Source of the DNA: Patescibacteria group bacterium
GTDB lineage: Bacteria; Patescibacteriota; Patescibacteriia; JAXHNJ01
Direction: 5' to 3'
NCBI GenBank assembly: GCA_034520665.1
Contig: JAXHNJ010000002.1
Span: forward strand, 352,660-416,659
DNA: 64,000 nt
The translations under genes and the position numbers were made by a program. The notes beneath the pieces are model-generated. The model searched no databases. It was not told the DNA's origin and saw only the letters and a list, made by a program, of their open reading frames with translations. Shown here one piece after another: positions 47,472-57,215 of this stretch; position 1 is the stretch's first letter, and each line of letters starts with the position of its first letter.

Positions 47472-48215
47472 ATGAAAACTTTCCAAATTGTTCTTCTAGC
47501 CGCTGGAAAAGGTAAAAGAATGAAAAGCAAAAATACACCAAAAGTCCTTTTCCCCTTAAAAGATAAGCCCCTTATAAAATATATACTTAGAGAAATAAAA
47601 AAATCAGGAATATGTCAAAAACCGGTTATTATTGTTGGTTATAAAAGTCAAATGGTAAAAAAAGTCCTGGGCAAAAATTACACTTACGTTTTACAAAAAA
47701 AACAACTGGGCACTGGGCACGCTGTCAACTGTGCTAGAAATTTTTTAGAAAATAAAGCAAAGAACATTCTTATACTCTACGGCGATAAACCTTGCATAAA
47801 AGCTGATAGTATATTAAAAATTATAAATCGCCATATAAAAAATAATAATATTCTGACCATGGCTACGATTAAAATCCCCGATTATAAAAATTGGCGTGTT
47901 GATTTTAAAAGTTTTGGGCGTGTAATTCGTAATAATAAGGGAGAAATTGAGAAAATTGTCGAAAAAAAAGAAGCCACTCCGCAAGAACTTAAAATAAAAG
48001 AGGTGTCACCTAGTATTTTCTGTTTTAAGGCTAACTGGCTTTGGGATAATATCCCAAAAATTAAGTTAAGCCCTCAAAATGAATATTATCTGACTGATTT
48101 AATTCAGATTATTAAAAAACAAAAAAATAAAATAGATTATGTTAATATTGATCCGATAGAAGGTCTGGGTATTAACAGTCAAAAACAACTAAAAATAGTT
48201 TCTCAATTTATTTAA
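47472..48215 (+). CDS. Sugar-phosphate nucleotidyltransferase (GlmU N-terminal-domain-like; no acetyltransferase domain)
   Basis: MKTFQIVLLAAGKGKRMKS...ILYGDKP. The ORF-track start at 47394 is likely an extension; the internal ATG at 47472 precedes the G-rich loop. Confidence 0.6.
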   Translation: MKTFQIVLLAAGKGKRMKSKNTPKVLFPLKDKPLIKYILREIKKSGICQKPVIIVGYKSQMVKKVLGKNYTYVLQKKQLGTGHAVNCARNFLENKAKNILILYGDKPCIKADSILKIINRHIKNNNILTMATIKIPDYKNWRVDFKSFGRVIRNNKGEIEKIVEKKEATPQELKIKEVSPSIFCFKANWLWDNIPKIKLSPQNEYYLTDLIQIIKKQKNKIDYVNIDPIEGLGINSQKQLKIVSQFI

Positions 48216-48257
48216 ATAATTCGATCTTTAAAAAATTATTTTGTTTCTGAGGAGGTA

Positions 48258-49094
48258 ATGATGTTTTCAAAAACAGCAGTAATGTTTACGGCCTTTAACG
48301 ATGGCGAAACTATTGGTGATTTGATTAAAAAAGTGATAGAAATTACCAAAGAGAAATCTGACATTTGGGTGATTAATGACGGGTCGAAAGATAACACTTC
48401 AAAAATAGCTAAAAAACTAGACTGCTGTTTAGTGGATCTTCCTGAAAATCAGGGAGTCGGGTCAGCTTATAAGGCTGGTTTTTCTGAAATTATTAAGAAA
48501 GGAGAAAAGTATAAATACGTTATTAAAATTGATGCTGATGGTCAGCATCAACCGAAATTTATACCAAAAATCATTAGAAATCTAGAAAATGGATTTCAGC
48601 TGGTGGTTTGCTCCCGCTTTCATGAGCGTTCCTGCCAAAACAGCACTCCTAAAGACAGAAGTTTTTTAAACTGGCTTTACGCCCGTGAATTAAGCCAGAT
48701 AATAGGAAGCCGTGTAACAGACGCCCGTTCCGGATTTTTCGGTATTACTCTACCGGTTCTTAAAAAAATTACTCCTAAACTGATCACACCCGGATACGGT
48801 ATTCCTATGGAAGTTTTACTTCGCACCTGGCAGTTTATAAAGGAGGTAAAAAAGTGGCCAAATTCTTGGCGAGAAGAGATAATTCACCCGGCTATCTATG
48901 ATTATGCTATTCATAAGAATACCCGTCGCCATAAGATGTACCAAAGCGAAGAATGGCATCATAAAATTGAAAGATTTTTAACCGCTTATACCGCCCTGGT
49001 AACAGTACTTTATGATATGGGTTTTAACACCCATGAAATTACCCAAAGGATCTCAAAACAACTGGCTGAACACACCGAATACCTTATTGGGTAA
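48258..49094 (+). CDS. Glycosyltransferase family 2 (DPM1-like, soluble)
   Basis: VMFTAFNDGETIGDLI...VINDGSKDNT...IDADGQH. Confidence 0.75.
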   Translation: MMFSKTAVMFTAFNDGETIGDLIKKVIEITKEKSDIWVINDGSKDNTSKIAKKLDCCLVDLPENQGVGSAYKAGFSEIIKKGEKYKYVIKIDADGQHQPKFIPKIIRNLENGFQLVVCSRFHERSCQNSTPKDRSFLNWLYARELSQIIGSRVTDARSGFFGITLPVLKKITPKLITPGYGIPMEVLLRTWQFIKEVKKWPNSWREEIIHPAIYDYAIHKNTRRHKMYQSEEWHHKIERFLTAYTALVTVLYDMGFNTHEITQRISKQLAEHTEYLIG

Positions 49095-49102
49095 ATTTAA
49101 TC

Positions 49103-49133
49103 GCCGCACAAATCTCTCTGTGCGGCTTTTTTT
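49103..49133 (+). terminator. Rho-independent terminator, copy 2 (GCCGCACAAAUCUCUCUGUGCGGC + U run)
   Basis: Same ~45-nt element as at 47366-47408, including the upstream AATTTAATC, with one substitution in the loop. Confidence 0.6.
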
Positions 49134-49162
49134 ATAATTTATAAAATGATAAAATATAGAAT

Positions 49163-50404
49163 ATGAAAGAATTTATTACTGACCTTCATTTTCACTCTAA
49201 ATATTCCCGGGCTGTCTCGCCTAAGATGGACCTGGAGCATTTTTATCAGTGGGGTCTAAAAAAGGGCCTTAATCTATTAGGTACCAGTGATTTTACTCAT
49301 CCACAATGGTTTTCTGAACTTAAGAAAAAATTAGTGAGGCAAAAAAACGGTTTTTATAGATTAAAAAATACTGACCAAGAAATATATTTTGTACCAAGCG
49401 CCGAAATCAGCTGTATTTATAAGAAGAACGGGCAGGGTCGGCGCATTCATATTCTTATCATCGCTCCGGATTTAGAAACAGTTAAAAAAATTAATGTTCA
49501 GTTGGGCTGGATTGGTAATTTAAAATCAGACGGCCGGCCAATCCTGGGCTGTGAAGCCAAAGAAATGGCTAAAATTGCCCTAAAAGCTTCAAAAAAATGC
49601 CTAGTCATCCCAGCCCATATTTGGACCCCCTGGTTCTCTTTATTCGGTTCTAGGTCCGGTTTTGACCGCTTAGAAGAATGCTTTGAAGAATATTCAAATA
49701 AAATCTATGCTATTGAAACCGGGCTTTCCTCGGACCCGCCCATGAATTGGCGGCTTAAACAACTGGATAAAAAGGCCATTGTTTCTTTTTCAGATGCTCA
49801 CTCACCCAATAACTTGGGCCGGGAAGCTACTGTTTTTGCATTAAAAAATCCTTCTTACGAAAAATTATTTAAAGCCATTAAAAATAACCAAATTGCTTAC
49901 ACTATTGAATTTTTTCCTCAAGAAGGAAAATATCACTGGGACGGACACAGAAAATGTCAGGTTAGGCTTTCACCCCAAGAAACTAAAAAAAATAAAGGCC
50001 TCTGTCCAAAATGTGGCCGTAAAGTTACTGTCGGGGTTATGAACCGAGTAGATGAACTAGCTGATCGAAAGGAAAATTATCAGGCCTTAAGCCGTCCCCC
50101 TTTTAAATCTTTAGTGCCTTTAAAACAGATTATTAGTCAAGTTTTAGGTATTGGTCCAAAAACCAAGGGTGTGGCTGACGAATATGAAAATTTAATTAAG
50201 CAAGGAAAAAATGAATTTAATGTTTTATTGAATCTTAAAATTGAAAAAATAGAAAAAATCTCCACAAGTAAAATTGCTCAAGGCATAAAAAGAATAAGAG
50301 AAAAAAAATTAAATATTAAACCCGGCTTTGATGGCCAGTACGGCAAGGTTAAAGTTTTTGCCGATAAAAAAGAAGCCTCAATCGGCCAGGAAAGCTTATT
50401 TTAA
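49163..50404 (+). CDS. PHP-domain protein with C-terminal zinc ribbon (endonuclease Q-like candidate)
   Basis: N-terminal DLHFHSKYSRAVS PHP metal-binding motif. HxxC...CPKCG zinc-ribbon. 413 aa. Confidence 0.45.
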   Translation: MKEFITDLHFHSKYSRAVSPKMDLEHFYQWGLKKGLNLLGTSDFTHPQWFSELKKKLVRQKNGFYRLKNTDQEIYFVPSAEISCIYKKNGQGRRIHILIIAPDLETVKKINVQLGWIGNLKSDGRPILGCEAKEMAKIALKASKKCLVIPAHIWTPWFSLFGSRSGFDRLEECFEEYSNKIYAIETGLSSDPPMNWRLKQLDKKAIVSFSDAHSPNNLGREATVFALKNPSYEKLFKAIKNNQIAYTIEFFPQEGKYHWDGHRKCQVRLSPQETKKNKGLCPKCGRKVTVGVMNRVDELADRKENYQALSRPPFKSLVPLKQIISQVLGIGPKTKGVADEYENLIKQGKNEFNVLLNLKIEKIEKISTSKIAQGIKRIREKKLNIKPGFDGQYGKVKVFADKKEASIGQESLF

Positions 50405-50405
50405 A

Positions 50406-50963
50406 ATGATAATAGTTTTTGAATACATTTTTTTATTTTCTGCTTTATTACTAATAGCCGCCGTTCTGATTTTTGTTTCCAATCTTTTTTACAATACTAT
50501 CAGAGTTAAAGTACCTTATATTAAAACATCCCGCTGGGCTATAAAAACAACTCTAAAAGAAATTAATCCTAAAAAAGAAGACAAGGTGGTTGAGTTGGGT
50601 TGTGGTAACGCCCGGGTGATCAGAGCCATTAAGAAAAAATATCCTGAAATTAAAGCCAGGGGTTATGAAGTAGCCTGGTGGCCCTATCTTAAAGCTAAAC
50701 AAAAAATAAAAAAGGATAATTTAAATATTGACTTAATAAGAAAAAATTTTTATAATGTAGACCTTTCAGACTCTGACATAATATTTTGTTTTTTGATTAG
50801 TTCGGTAATGCCACGCTTGGAAAAAAAGCTAAAAAAAGAATTGAAGCCAGGAGCCATTGTTATTTCTTATATTTTCACTTTCCCTCACTGGCCAGCTAAA
50901 AAAGTGATTAAAAATCCCAAAAGATCCGGAGCCAGTAGAATAAATATTTATCAGAAAACATAA
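50406..50963 (+). CDS. Membrane-anchored class I SAM-dependent methyltransferase
   Basis: Start reassigned to the ATG at 50406 (MIIVFEYIFLF... TM segment). Motif I VVELGCGNARVI. Confidence 0.65.
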   Translation: MIIVFEYIFLFSALLLIAAVLIFVSNLFYNTIRVKVPYIKTSRWAIKTTLKEINPKKEDKVVELGCGNARVIRAIKKKYPEIKARGYEVAWWPYLKAKQKIKKDNLNIDLIRKNFYNVDLSDSDIIFCFLISSVMPRLEKKLKKELKPGAIVISYIFTFPHWPAKKVIKNPKRSGASRINIYQKT

Positions 50964-50965
50964 GG

Positions 50966-51095
50966 TGAGTTGTGCCGAATTGGCCCCACTTCACAGTGGT
51001 TTCGCAGGATAAATAAGGCACCGCTCTCCCTACATCACTTGCAAGGCCAGGTGACATCGTGTAGTCGAATAACAAGGCGAAAAATTATCATAAAT
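50966..51095. other. ~130-nt GC-rich (~50%) island in AT-rich surroundings; candidate small structured RNA
   Basis: GGTGAGTTGTGCCGAATTGGCCCCACTTCACAGTGGTTTCGCAGG...GGCACCGCTCTCCCTACATC.... Local composition contrasts strongly with flanking sequence. No ORF. Confidence 0.25.
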
Positions 51096-51370
51096 TTATG
51101 AGTTATATTGTCTATATTCTACTTTTATCCAATAAACAATTATAGACCGGTTTTACTAAAAATTTGAATCAAAGAATTAAACAACATAAAAATGGTGCGG
51201 TTAAATCAACGGCAAAAGACAACCAATAAAATTAATTCATTACGAAGTGTATGCCAAAGAATCAGGGGCCAGACAAAGAGAAAAATATTTAAAGACAACA
51301 GAAGGTAAAAGACTTTTAAAAATGCGGATTAGAAATTTATCAAAGGAATTACAATAGTAATCCGCAGTGC

Positions 51371-51457
51371 GGAGGGGTGCCGGAGTGGTTGAACGGGCCG
51401 CTCTCGAAAAGCGGTAAGCCCTTACGGGTTTCGTGAGTTCGAATCTCACCCCCTCCG
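51371..51457 (+). tRNA. tRNA-Ser (anticodon CGA), class II; CCA not encoded
   Basis: Acceptor GGAGGGG/CCCCTCC. Anticodon stem-loop CCGCT-CTCGAAA-AGCGG. Long variable arm. T-arm GTGAGTTCGAATCTCAC. Flanked by the 10-nt inverted repeat TCCGCAGTGC / GCACTGCGGA. Confidence 0.9.
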
Positions 51458-51500
51458 CACTGCGGAAGATATTTTTTGCCTCTGCCAATAAATAAAAAAT

Positions 51501-52001
51501 ATGCCTGAATATAATCTAGAAGTTAATAAAAATGACCAAATTATTGGCAAAAGACCAAGAAAAGATTTTTATACTGGTCAATATATTCACCGAGCTTCAC
51601 ATTTGATTCTTTTTAATTCTAAAAATCAAATTCTTCTGCAAAAAAGAGTCAAAACAAAAAAATGGTTTCCCAATCTTTATACTTTCTCGGTAGCCGCCAC
51701 TGTTTCTGAGGAAAGCTATAAGGATTGTTTAAAAAGAGAAATTCCTGAAGAAATCGGGATTTCTATACCCATAAAATTTTTATTCAAATATCCTTTTTTT
51801 GATAAAACAGACAAGGCTTTTCACGCCGTTTTTATTAGCAAAAGTGATAAAAAAATTAAACCAGATAAAAGAGAAATTAGTGAAATTATTTGGCTTACGC
51901 CACAAAAGCTTAAACAAGACTTAAAAGCAAATCCTAAAAAGTACACGCCCCCTTTTAGAAAAGGTATGGAAATATTTTTTACTCAGTATTATAAAAAATA
52001 A
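51501..52001 (+). CDS. NUDIX hydrolase
   Basis: Nudix box ...CLKREIPEEIGIS... (Gx5Ex7REUxEExGU pattern). Confidence 0.8.
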   Translation: MPEYNLEVNKNDQIIGKRPRKDFYTGQYIHRASHLILFNSKNQILLQKRVKTKKWFPNLYTFSVAATVSEESYKDCLKREIPEEIGISIPIKFLFKYPFFDKTDKAFHAVFISKSDKKIKPDKREISEIIWLTPQKLKQDLKANPKKYTPPFRKGMEIFFTQYYKK

Positions 52002-52002
52002 T

Positions 52003-52560
52003 TCTCCTACTCCAGAAGAAAAAAGTTAAATATTTCAGTGCTGAAAAGCCGGAAAGAATAATAAACTACACAAAGAGTAAAATAATTAAATTAGAAAAAG
52101 CCTTACCTCAACTAAGAGTTCTTTATGGAAAAGCTCGAAACAGACCGACGGTTAGATTCTATCAAGGCAAACAAGAAATGAAATTAATCCTCCATGAATT
52201 ATTAAAAGAAGCCAAAAAACTTATTGCTTTTAGTTCGGCAAATGACCTTTTTTCCACCTTACCTAATTTTCCAAAATTCGTGAAAAATGAATAAAGAAAA
52301 AAATTCCAGTTAGTGTTATTTTACGGGAGTCACCCAAAGCCAGAGAAAGACAAAAATTAGGCCCCAAACAACTACGCCAAGTAAAAATAATTCATGAATT
52401 TTGATTATCATGGTAGTATTTTTACATGGAGGAGAAAAATAGCTATATTTTCATTTAAAAAAGATATGGTTGCCATTGTTATTAAAAGTAAAGAACTGGC
52501 CAAAATGCAACAAACACTATTTGAGACATTTTGGAATTCTATAAATAAACAAATTTATTA
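52003..52560 (+). pseudogene. Frameshifted remnant of a TrmB-like regulator (C-terminal domain only; HTH missing)
   Basis: Three consecutive frame pieces translate to ...KIIKLEKALPQLRVLYGKARNRPTVRFYQGKQEMKLILHELLKEAKK... / ...IPVSVILRESPKARERQKLG... / ...DMVAIVIKSKELAKMQQTLFETFWNS. These are collinear with TrmB C-terminal domains. No start codon or HTH is present. Confidence 0.35.
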
Positions 52561-52757
52561 TATTCTGTTATAATTATAATATGCTCACCTTCGAACAAAT
52601 TGAAAAAGAAATTAATAAAATCAAAGAAAGAAACGCCAAATTAGAAAAAGACAAGGCCTGGGAAACTAGCTGGACTAGAAGAATAATTATTTTTTTATAC
52701 TATAAGTATTAAAAATTAGAATAATATTTAAAGTTTTATAATTTTGCTTGTAAATTA

Positions 52758-53915
52758 ATGAAAAAAATACATACATCCAAAATTTATATTAGTAAAAAAA
52801 AGTTTATAAATAATTATAAATTTATAAAAAGGGTAGTTGGTAAAAATGTTCGTATTTCTTCAGTGGTTAAAGGCGATGCTTACGGACATGGCATGAAACA
52901 AATAGTACCTTTAGCTGAAGAACAAGGCATTAATCATTTTGCTGTTTTTGCTGCTTTTGAAGCTAAAAAATTATTAAAAATATGTCGCCAAAGTAGTCAG
53001 ATAATGATTATGGGTATGATTAGTAATAAACAGTTGCCCTGGGCTATTAAAAATGGTATTGAATTTTTTATTTTTGAATTCAATCGTTTGCAAGCTGCTT
53101 GTAAAATGGCAAAAAAAATGAAAAAACCAGCTAAGATTCATATTGAAGTTGAAACTGGCTTAAATCGTACTGGCTTTGATTTTAAAGATTTAGATAAATT
53201 ATTAAAATTTTTAAAGAAAAATAAAAAACACTTTAATATCATAGGACTTTGTACGCATTATGCTGGTGCTGAAAGCATTATTAATTATTATCGTATAAAG
53301 AAACAAATAGCTAAATATAATGTTATTTATAAAAAATTTATTAAAGCCGATATAGATATAAAGTATAGACATACCGCTTGTTCAGCTGCGGCTATTAATT
53401 ATAAACAAACTAGAATGGATATGGTTAGAGTGGGTATTATTCAATTTGGTTTATGGCCTAGTGATGAAACTTTAATAAATTATTTAAGTAAGCGAAAAAG
53501 AAAAATAAATCCCTTGCAACCTATATTAAGTTGGAAAACTAAAATATTAAATACTAAAGTGGTTAAGGCGGGTGATTTTATTGGTTATGGCGATACTTTT
53601 ATGGCTAATAAAAATATGAAAATAGCCACTATGCCAGTAGGTTATGCTTGTGGTTATAGTTGTTCTTTAAGTAATCGTGGTAATATATTAATCAATGGAA
53701 AACGAGCTAATATTATTGGTAAAGTAAATATGAATTTATCAATTGTTAATATTACTCATATTCCTGAGGTTAAAAAAGGCGATGAAGTGGTGTTAATTGG
53801 CCAACAGGACAATGATGAAATCCATTTAACTTCTTTTAGAGATATTTATAATAGTTTAAATTACGAATTATTAACTCGACTTCCTTTTGCTATTCCTAGA
53901 ATAATTATAGATTAA
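52758..53915 (+). CDS. alr: Alanine racemase
   Basis: PLP-lysine motif SVVKGDAYGHG. C-terminal beta-domain. Confidence 0.9.
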   Translation: MKKIHTSKIYISKKKFINNYKFIKRVVGKNVRISSVVKGDAYGHGMKQIVPLAEEQGINHFAVFAAFEAKKLLKICRQSSQIMIMGMISNKQLPWAIKNGIEFFIFEFNRLQAACKMAKKMKKPAKIHIEVETGLNRTGFDFKDLDKLLKFLKKNKKHFNIIGLCTHYAGAESIINYYRIKKQIAKYNVIYKKFIKADIDIKYRHTACSAAAINYKQTRMDMVRVGIIQFGLWPSDETLINYLSKRKRKINPLQPILSWKTKILNTKVVKAGDFIGYGDTFMANKNMKIATMPVGYACGYSCSLSNRGNILINGKRANIIGKVNMNLSIVNITHIPEVKKGDEVVLIGQQDNDEIHLTSFRDIYNSLNYELLTRLPFAIPRIIID

Positions 53916-53996
53916 CCATATTATATGAAAAAACTATTAAAAGAACATTTACATGGATTAGAAATACCTGCTTAATTAATAATCCAATTTACTTAA

Positions 53997-54884
53997 ATGA
54001 GATATTCCCTTATAGATCTATTTCGAACAATCGCTATTGTCTTAGTTTTTTTCTTTCATATCTCTATAGAAATAAATCCAATCTGGGGTCGAGTATTTAT
54101 TAATTTTGGTAATATCTATCGCTTTAATACAGGTGATCTAGGCATAGCTATATTTATTATTATCTCGGGTCTTTGCCTGACTTTAAGATATAAAAATAAA
54201 AAAATAGAATATGTAAAATTTATTACCCAGCGTTTTTTAAAAATATACCCTCCTTTCTTTATAGCCTTAATTATGGGCGTTATTTTTTATTATATTCTAC
54301 CAGACACCCTACTTCAAGAAGGCTATTATTATTTTCCTCAAATAAATACAGCTGATATTTTTTGTAGTTTAACTGGTTTTTGTAATTTCTTAGGTAGAAT
54401 CGGTGGTCCATTTTTGGGACCAAGCTGGTTTATTGGTCTAATTATTGTTTTATATCTCCTCTTCCCTTTACTTTTAAAAAAATTTAAAACTAATCCTTAC
54501 GCTTCACTTTTTATTTTATTTTTAATTTCTTTAATTTTTCGTTATTTATATAATAACTTTCCCCCATTAATCTACAAACTTCAACCCTTTTTTCCTTTAG
54601 ATTATTTATTTGAATTTGGTTTGGGTATTTATCTTGGTCTGGTAGTAAAAAATAATTTTTGGACCTATTTAAATAAATACAAAAAGCTATCCAGAATATT
54701 AATTAGATTAGGACTTTTGTCTTTTCCTTTATTTTTAGTTCACCATCCACTTTTATTTATTGTAAATTCTTTGGAAAAATTGAATGTCAGCTTATTTGTC
54801 TCTATTCCCTTATATTTATTAGTCTCAGGTGTTTTTAGTTTCTTGCTCTTTAAAATGATTAAAAAAATTCCAAGGAAAATTTAA
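53997..54884 (+). CDS. Acyltransferase family 3 (OafA-like) membrane protein
   Basis: N-terminal IDLFRTIAIVLVFFFH and about 9 TM segments. Confidence 0.6.
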   Translation: MRYSLIDLFRTIAIVLVFFFHISIEINPIWGRVFINFGNIYRFNTGDLGIAIFIIISGLCLTLRYKNKKIEYVKFITQRFLKIYPPFFIALIMGVIFYYILPDTLLQEGYYYFPQINTADIFCSLTGFCNFLGRIGGPFLGPSWFIGLIIVLYLLFPLLLKKFKTNPYASLFILFLISLIFRYLYNNFPPLIYKLQPFFPLDYLFEFGLGIYLGLVVKNNFWTYLNKYKKLSRILIRLGLLSFPLFLVHHPLLFIVNSLEKLNVSLFVSIPLYLLVSGVFSFLLFKMIKKIPRKI

Positions 54885-54943
54885 GTTTTACAAATCAGCC
54901 TAAATTTATTATAATATTAGAGAAGCTTAACCAAAAAAAACAA

Positions 54944-55819
54944 ATGCCAAAGATAACAAAAGCAGTCATACCAGCCGCTGGTTTAGGCAGTCGCTTTCTA
55001 CCAGTAACTAAAGCCATACCCAAAGAAATGCTGCCTATTGTTGATAAACCTACTATTCAATACGTAGTTGAAGAATTAGCCTCTTCTGGTATTAAAGATA
55101 TAATAATCGTCACTGACTCTTCTAAAACAGCTATTGAAGATCATTTTGATCATTTAGATTATTTAGAAGAAAAGTTAGCTAAACAGGGCAAAAAAGATAA
55201 GGCTAAACAAATCAAAAAAATTGCTGATTTAGGCAATTTTATTTTTATCCGTCAAAAAGGGCCTTATGGCAACGGTACGCCGGCTTTGTGTGCTGAACCA
55301 CTGGTCAAAAATGAGCCTTTTATTTATATCTGGGGTGATGAATTTATTCACGCTAACCCACCCCGAGTCAAACAAATGCTTGAAGTTTATAAAAAATATA
55401 AATGCTCGGTTATTTCTGCCATTAAGGTGGCTAAAAAAGAGGTTTCCCGCTACGGCGTTGCCAAAGTCAAACATATAGAAAAAAATATTCATCAAATAAA
55501 TGAAATCGTGGAAAAACCGCCTCTTGATAAAGCTCCCTCAAGATTAGCTACTCACGGAGCCTATTTATTGACTCCAACTATATTTAAATTTTTAAAAAAA
55601 CAAAAAATAGGTCAAGGAGGAGAACTTTGGCTAGTAGACGCTATTAATAAGCTAGCTCAACAAGAAAAAGTTCTGGCTTGTCTTATCAAAAAAGGCCGGT
55701 ACTACGACATTGGCAATAAACTCGGTTATATTAAAGCTAATATTGAATTTGGTTTGAAACATCCGGAAATTAAAAAAGATTTAAAAAAATACTTAAAAAA
55801 TATAAAAAGCAATGATTAG
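54944..55819 (+). CDS. galU: UTP--glucose-1-phosphate uridylyltransferase
   Basis: KAVIPAAGLGSRFLPVTKAIPKEMLPIVDKPTIQYVVEE is a near-consensus GalU N-terminus. Confidence 0.9.
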   Translation: MPKITKAVIPAAGLGSRFLPVTKAIPKEMLPIVDKPTIQYVVEELASSGIKDIIIVTDSSKTAIEDHFDHLDYLEEKLAKQGKKDKAKQIKKIADLGNFIFIRQKGPYGNGTPALCAEPLVKNEPFIYIWGDEFIHANPPRVKQMLEVYKKYKCSVISAIKVAKKEVSRYGVAKVKHIEKNIHQINEIVEKPPLDKAPSRLATHGAYLLTPTIFKFLKKQKIGQGGELWLVDAINKLAQQEKVLACLIKKGRYYDIGNKLGYIKANIEFGLKHPEIKKDLKKYLKNIKSND

Positions 55820-57215
55820 TAGAAAATATATAATTCTTGGTATAATCGTTTTAGCTATCCTTGTTCCTATCTTTATTGGCATTTTCTTGAAAGAAGAAGT
55901 AAAAATTCCCAAAAGTGTTACTTTAAAATATTGGATTGTTGAAGGCTCAGAAAAAGACTATCAAGATATTGTTAGCGCTTTTAAAAATTATCATCCCTAT
56001 GTCAAAGTAAGTTTTAGAAAAGTAAAACTGGAAGAATACGAAGACACTTTGATTCAAGCTTGGGCTCGTGATCAAGGTCCGGATATATTTGAGTTGCCTT
56101 CAACTTGGTTAAAAAAATATCAGGAATTCATCACTCCCGCACCGGCTGAAATAACTACCGCTTACTATGAAAATAAAAAAGAATTTTTTCGTAATACTGT
56201 AGAAATAAAATACCGCACAAAAAGCTCTCCCACTTTAGATAATATAAAAAATAATTATGTTGATATAATTTATGATGATGTAGTTTTAAGCAACAATCGG
56301 GGAAAAAGACAAATATACGCCCTGCCTTATAGTATTGATACGTTGGCTGTCTATTATAATAAAGATTTATTAAATAATGCTTATATAGCTCAACCGGCTA
56401 AAACTTGGAATGAACTAGTTCAGCAATCTTCAAAGCTAAGTCTCTACGACAATCAAAATAATATTCTCCAGTCCAGTATAGCTTTAGGTCTTTCTTCAAA
56501 TATTGAGTATCATTATGGAATTCTTTCACTACTAATGATACAAAACGGAGTCAGTATGATTTCTCCCAGCGGAGAAGAAGTTAGTTTTAATAGAAGCCGT
56601 GAAACCACCAATTTAGGAGCTTTGGCTTTAGATTTTTACACCAGTTTTACCAATATAAATAAAGAAACTTATTCCTGGAATTCATCACAACCGGAAAGTT
56701 TAGATAACTTTACTAGTGGTAAATCAGCTTACTATATTGGTACCCTAGCTGATAAATCAGTAATTGATAAAACAGCTAATTTAAATTATGGTGTAACTGA
56801 AATGTTTCATATAAATCCATCTGGTACAGACCGAGTTTTAAATAAAGCCGGTAATCCCGTACAAGTTAATTTTGGCAAATACTGGGTCCATACTGTTGCT
56901 AAAAAAACCAAGTCTCTTCAGGAAGCCTGGGATTTAGTCCAGTTTATAGCTCGGGAAAAAAGAAATCGGCAATACCTAGAAAAAACTGGGAAAATTTCCC
57001 CCCTAAGAAGTATTCTTAATATACAAAAAGAAGATCCTGATTTAGGGCTTTGGGCCCGCCAAGCTTTAACCGCCAAAAATTGGTATACTGGTTATGATGC
57101 TTCAGCTACAAAAAATTATTTTGCTGAAATGATTGAGACTGTAGCTTTAAAAAATAAAAGCAGCAGCCAAGCATTAAATGAAGCTGCTGAAAAAATTGAA
57201 AGGACTTTAGAATGA
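55812..57215 (+). CDS. TM-anchored extracellular solute-binding protein (ABC-type sugar-binding family 1-like), orphan
   Basis: N-terminal TM. SBP_bac_1-like central region (ALPYSIDTLAVYYNKDLL). No permease or ATPase genes adjacent. Stop overlaps the next start (ATGA). Confidence 0.55.
   Translation: MISRKYIILGIIVLAILVPIFIGIFLKEEVKIPKSVTLKYWIVEGSEKDYQDIVSAFKNYHPYVKVSFRKVKLEEYEDTLIQAWARDQGPDIFELPSTWLKKYQEFITPAPAEITTAYYENKKEFFRNTVEIKYRTKSSPTLDNIKNNYVDIIYDDVVLSNNRGKRQIYALPYSIDTLAVYYNKDLLNNAYIAQPAKTWNELVQQSSKLSLYDNQNNILQSSIALGLSSNIEYHYGILSLLMIQNGVSMISPSGEEVSFNRSRETTNLGALALDFYTSFTNINKETYSWNSSQPESLDNFTSGKSAYYIGTLADKSVIDKTANLNYGVTEMFHINPSGTDRVLNKAGNPVQVNFGKYWVHTVAKKTKSLQEAWDLVQFIAREKRNRQYLEKTGKISPLRSILNIQKEDPDLGLWARQALTAKNWYTGYDASATKNYFAEMIETVALKNKSSSQALNEAAEKIERTLE

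Noticed and set aside
51240-51488. 82-aa ORF on the minus strand
   Set aside because: Overlaps the tRNA-Ser(CGA) gene and its flanking inverted repeat. There is no coding signal.
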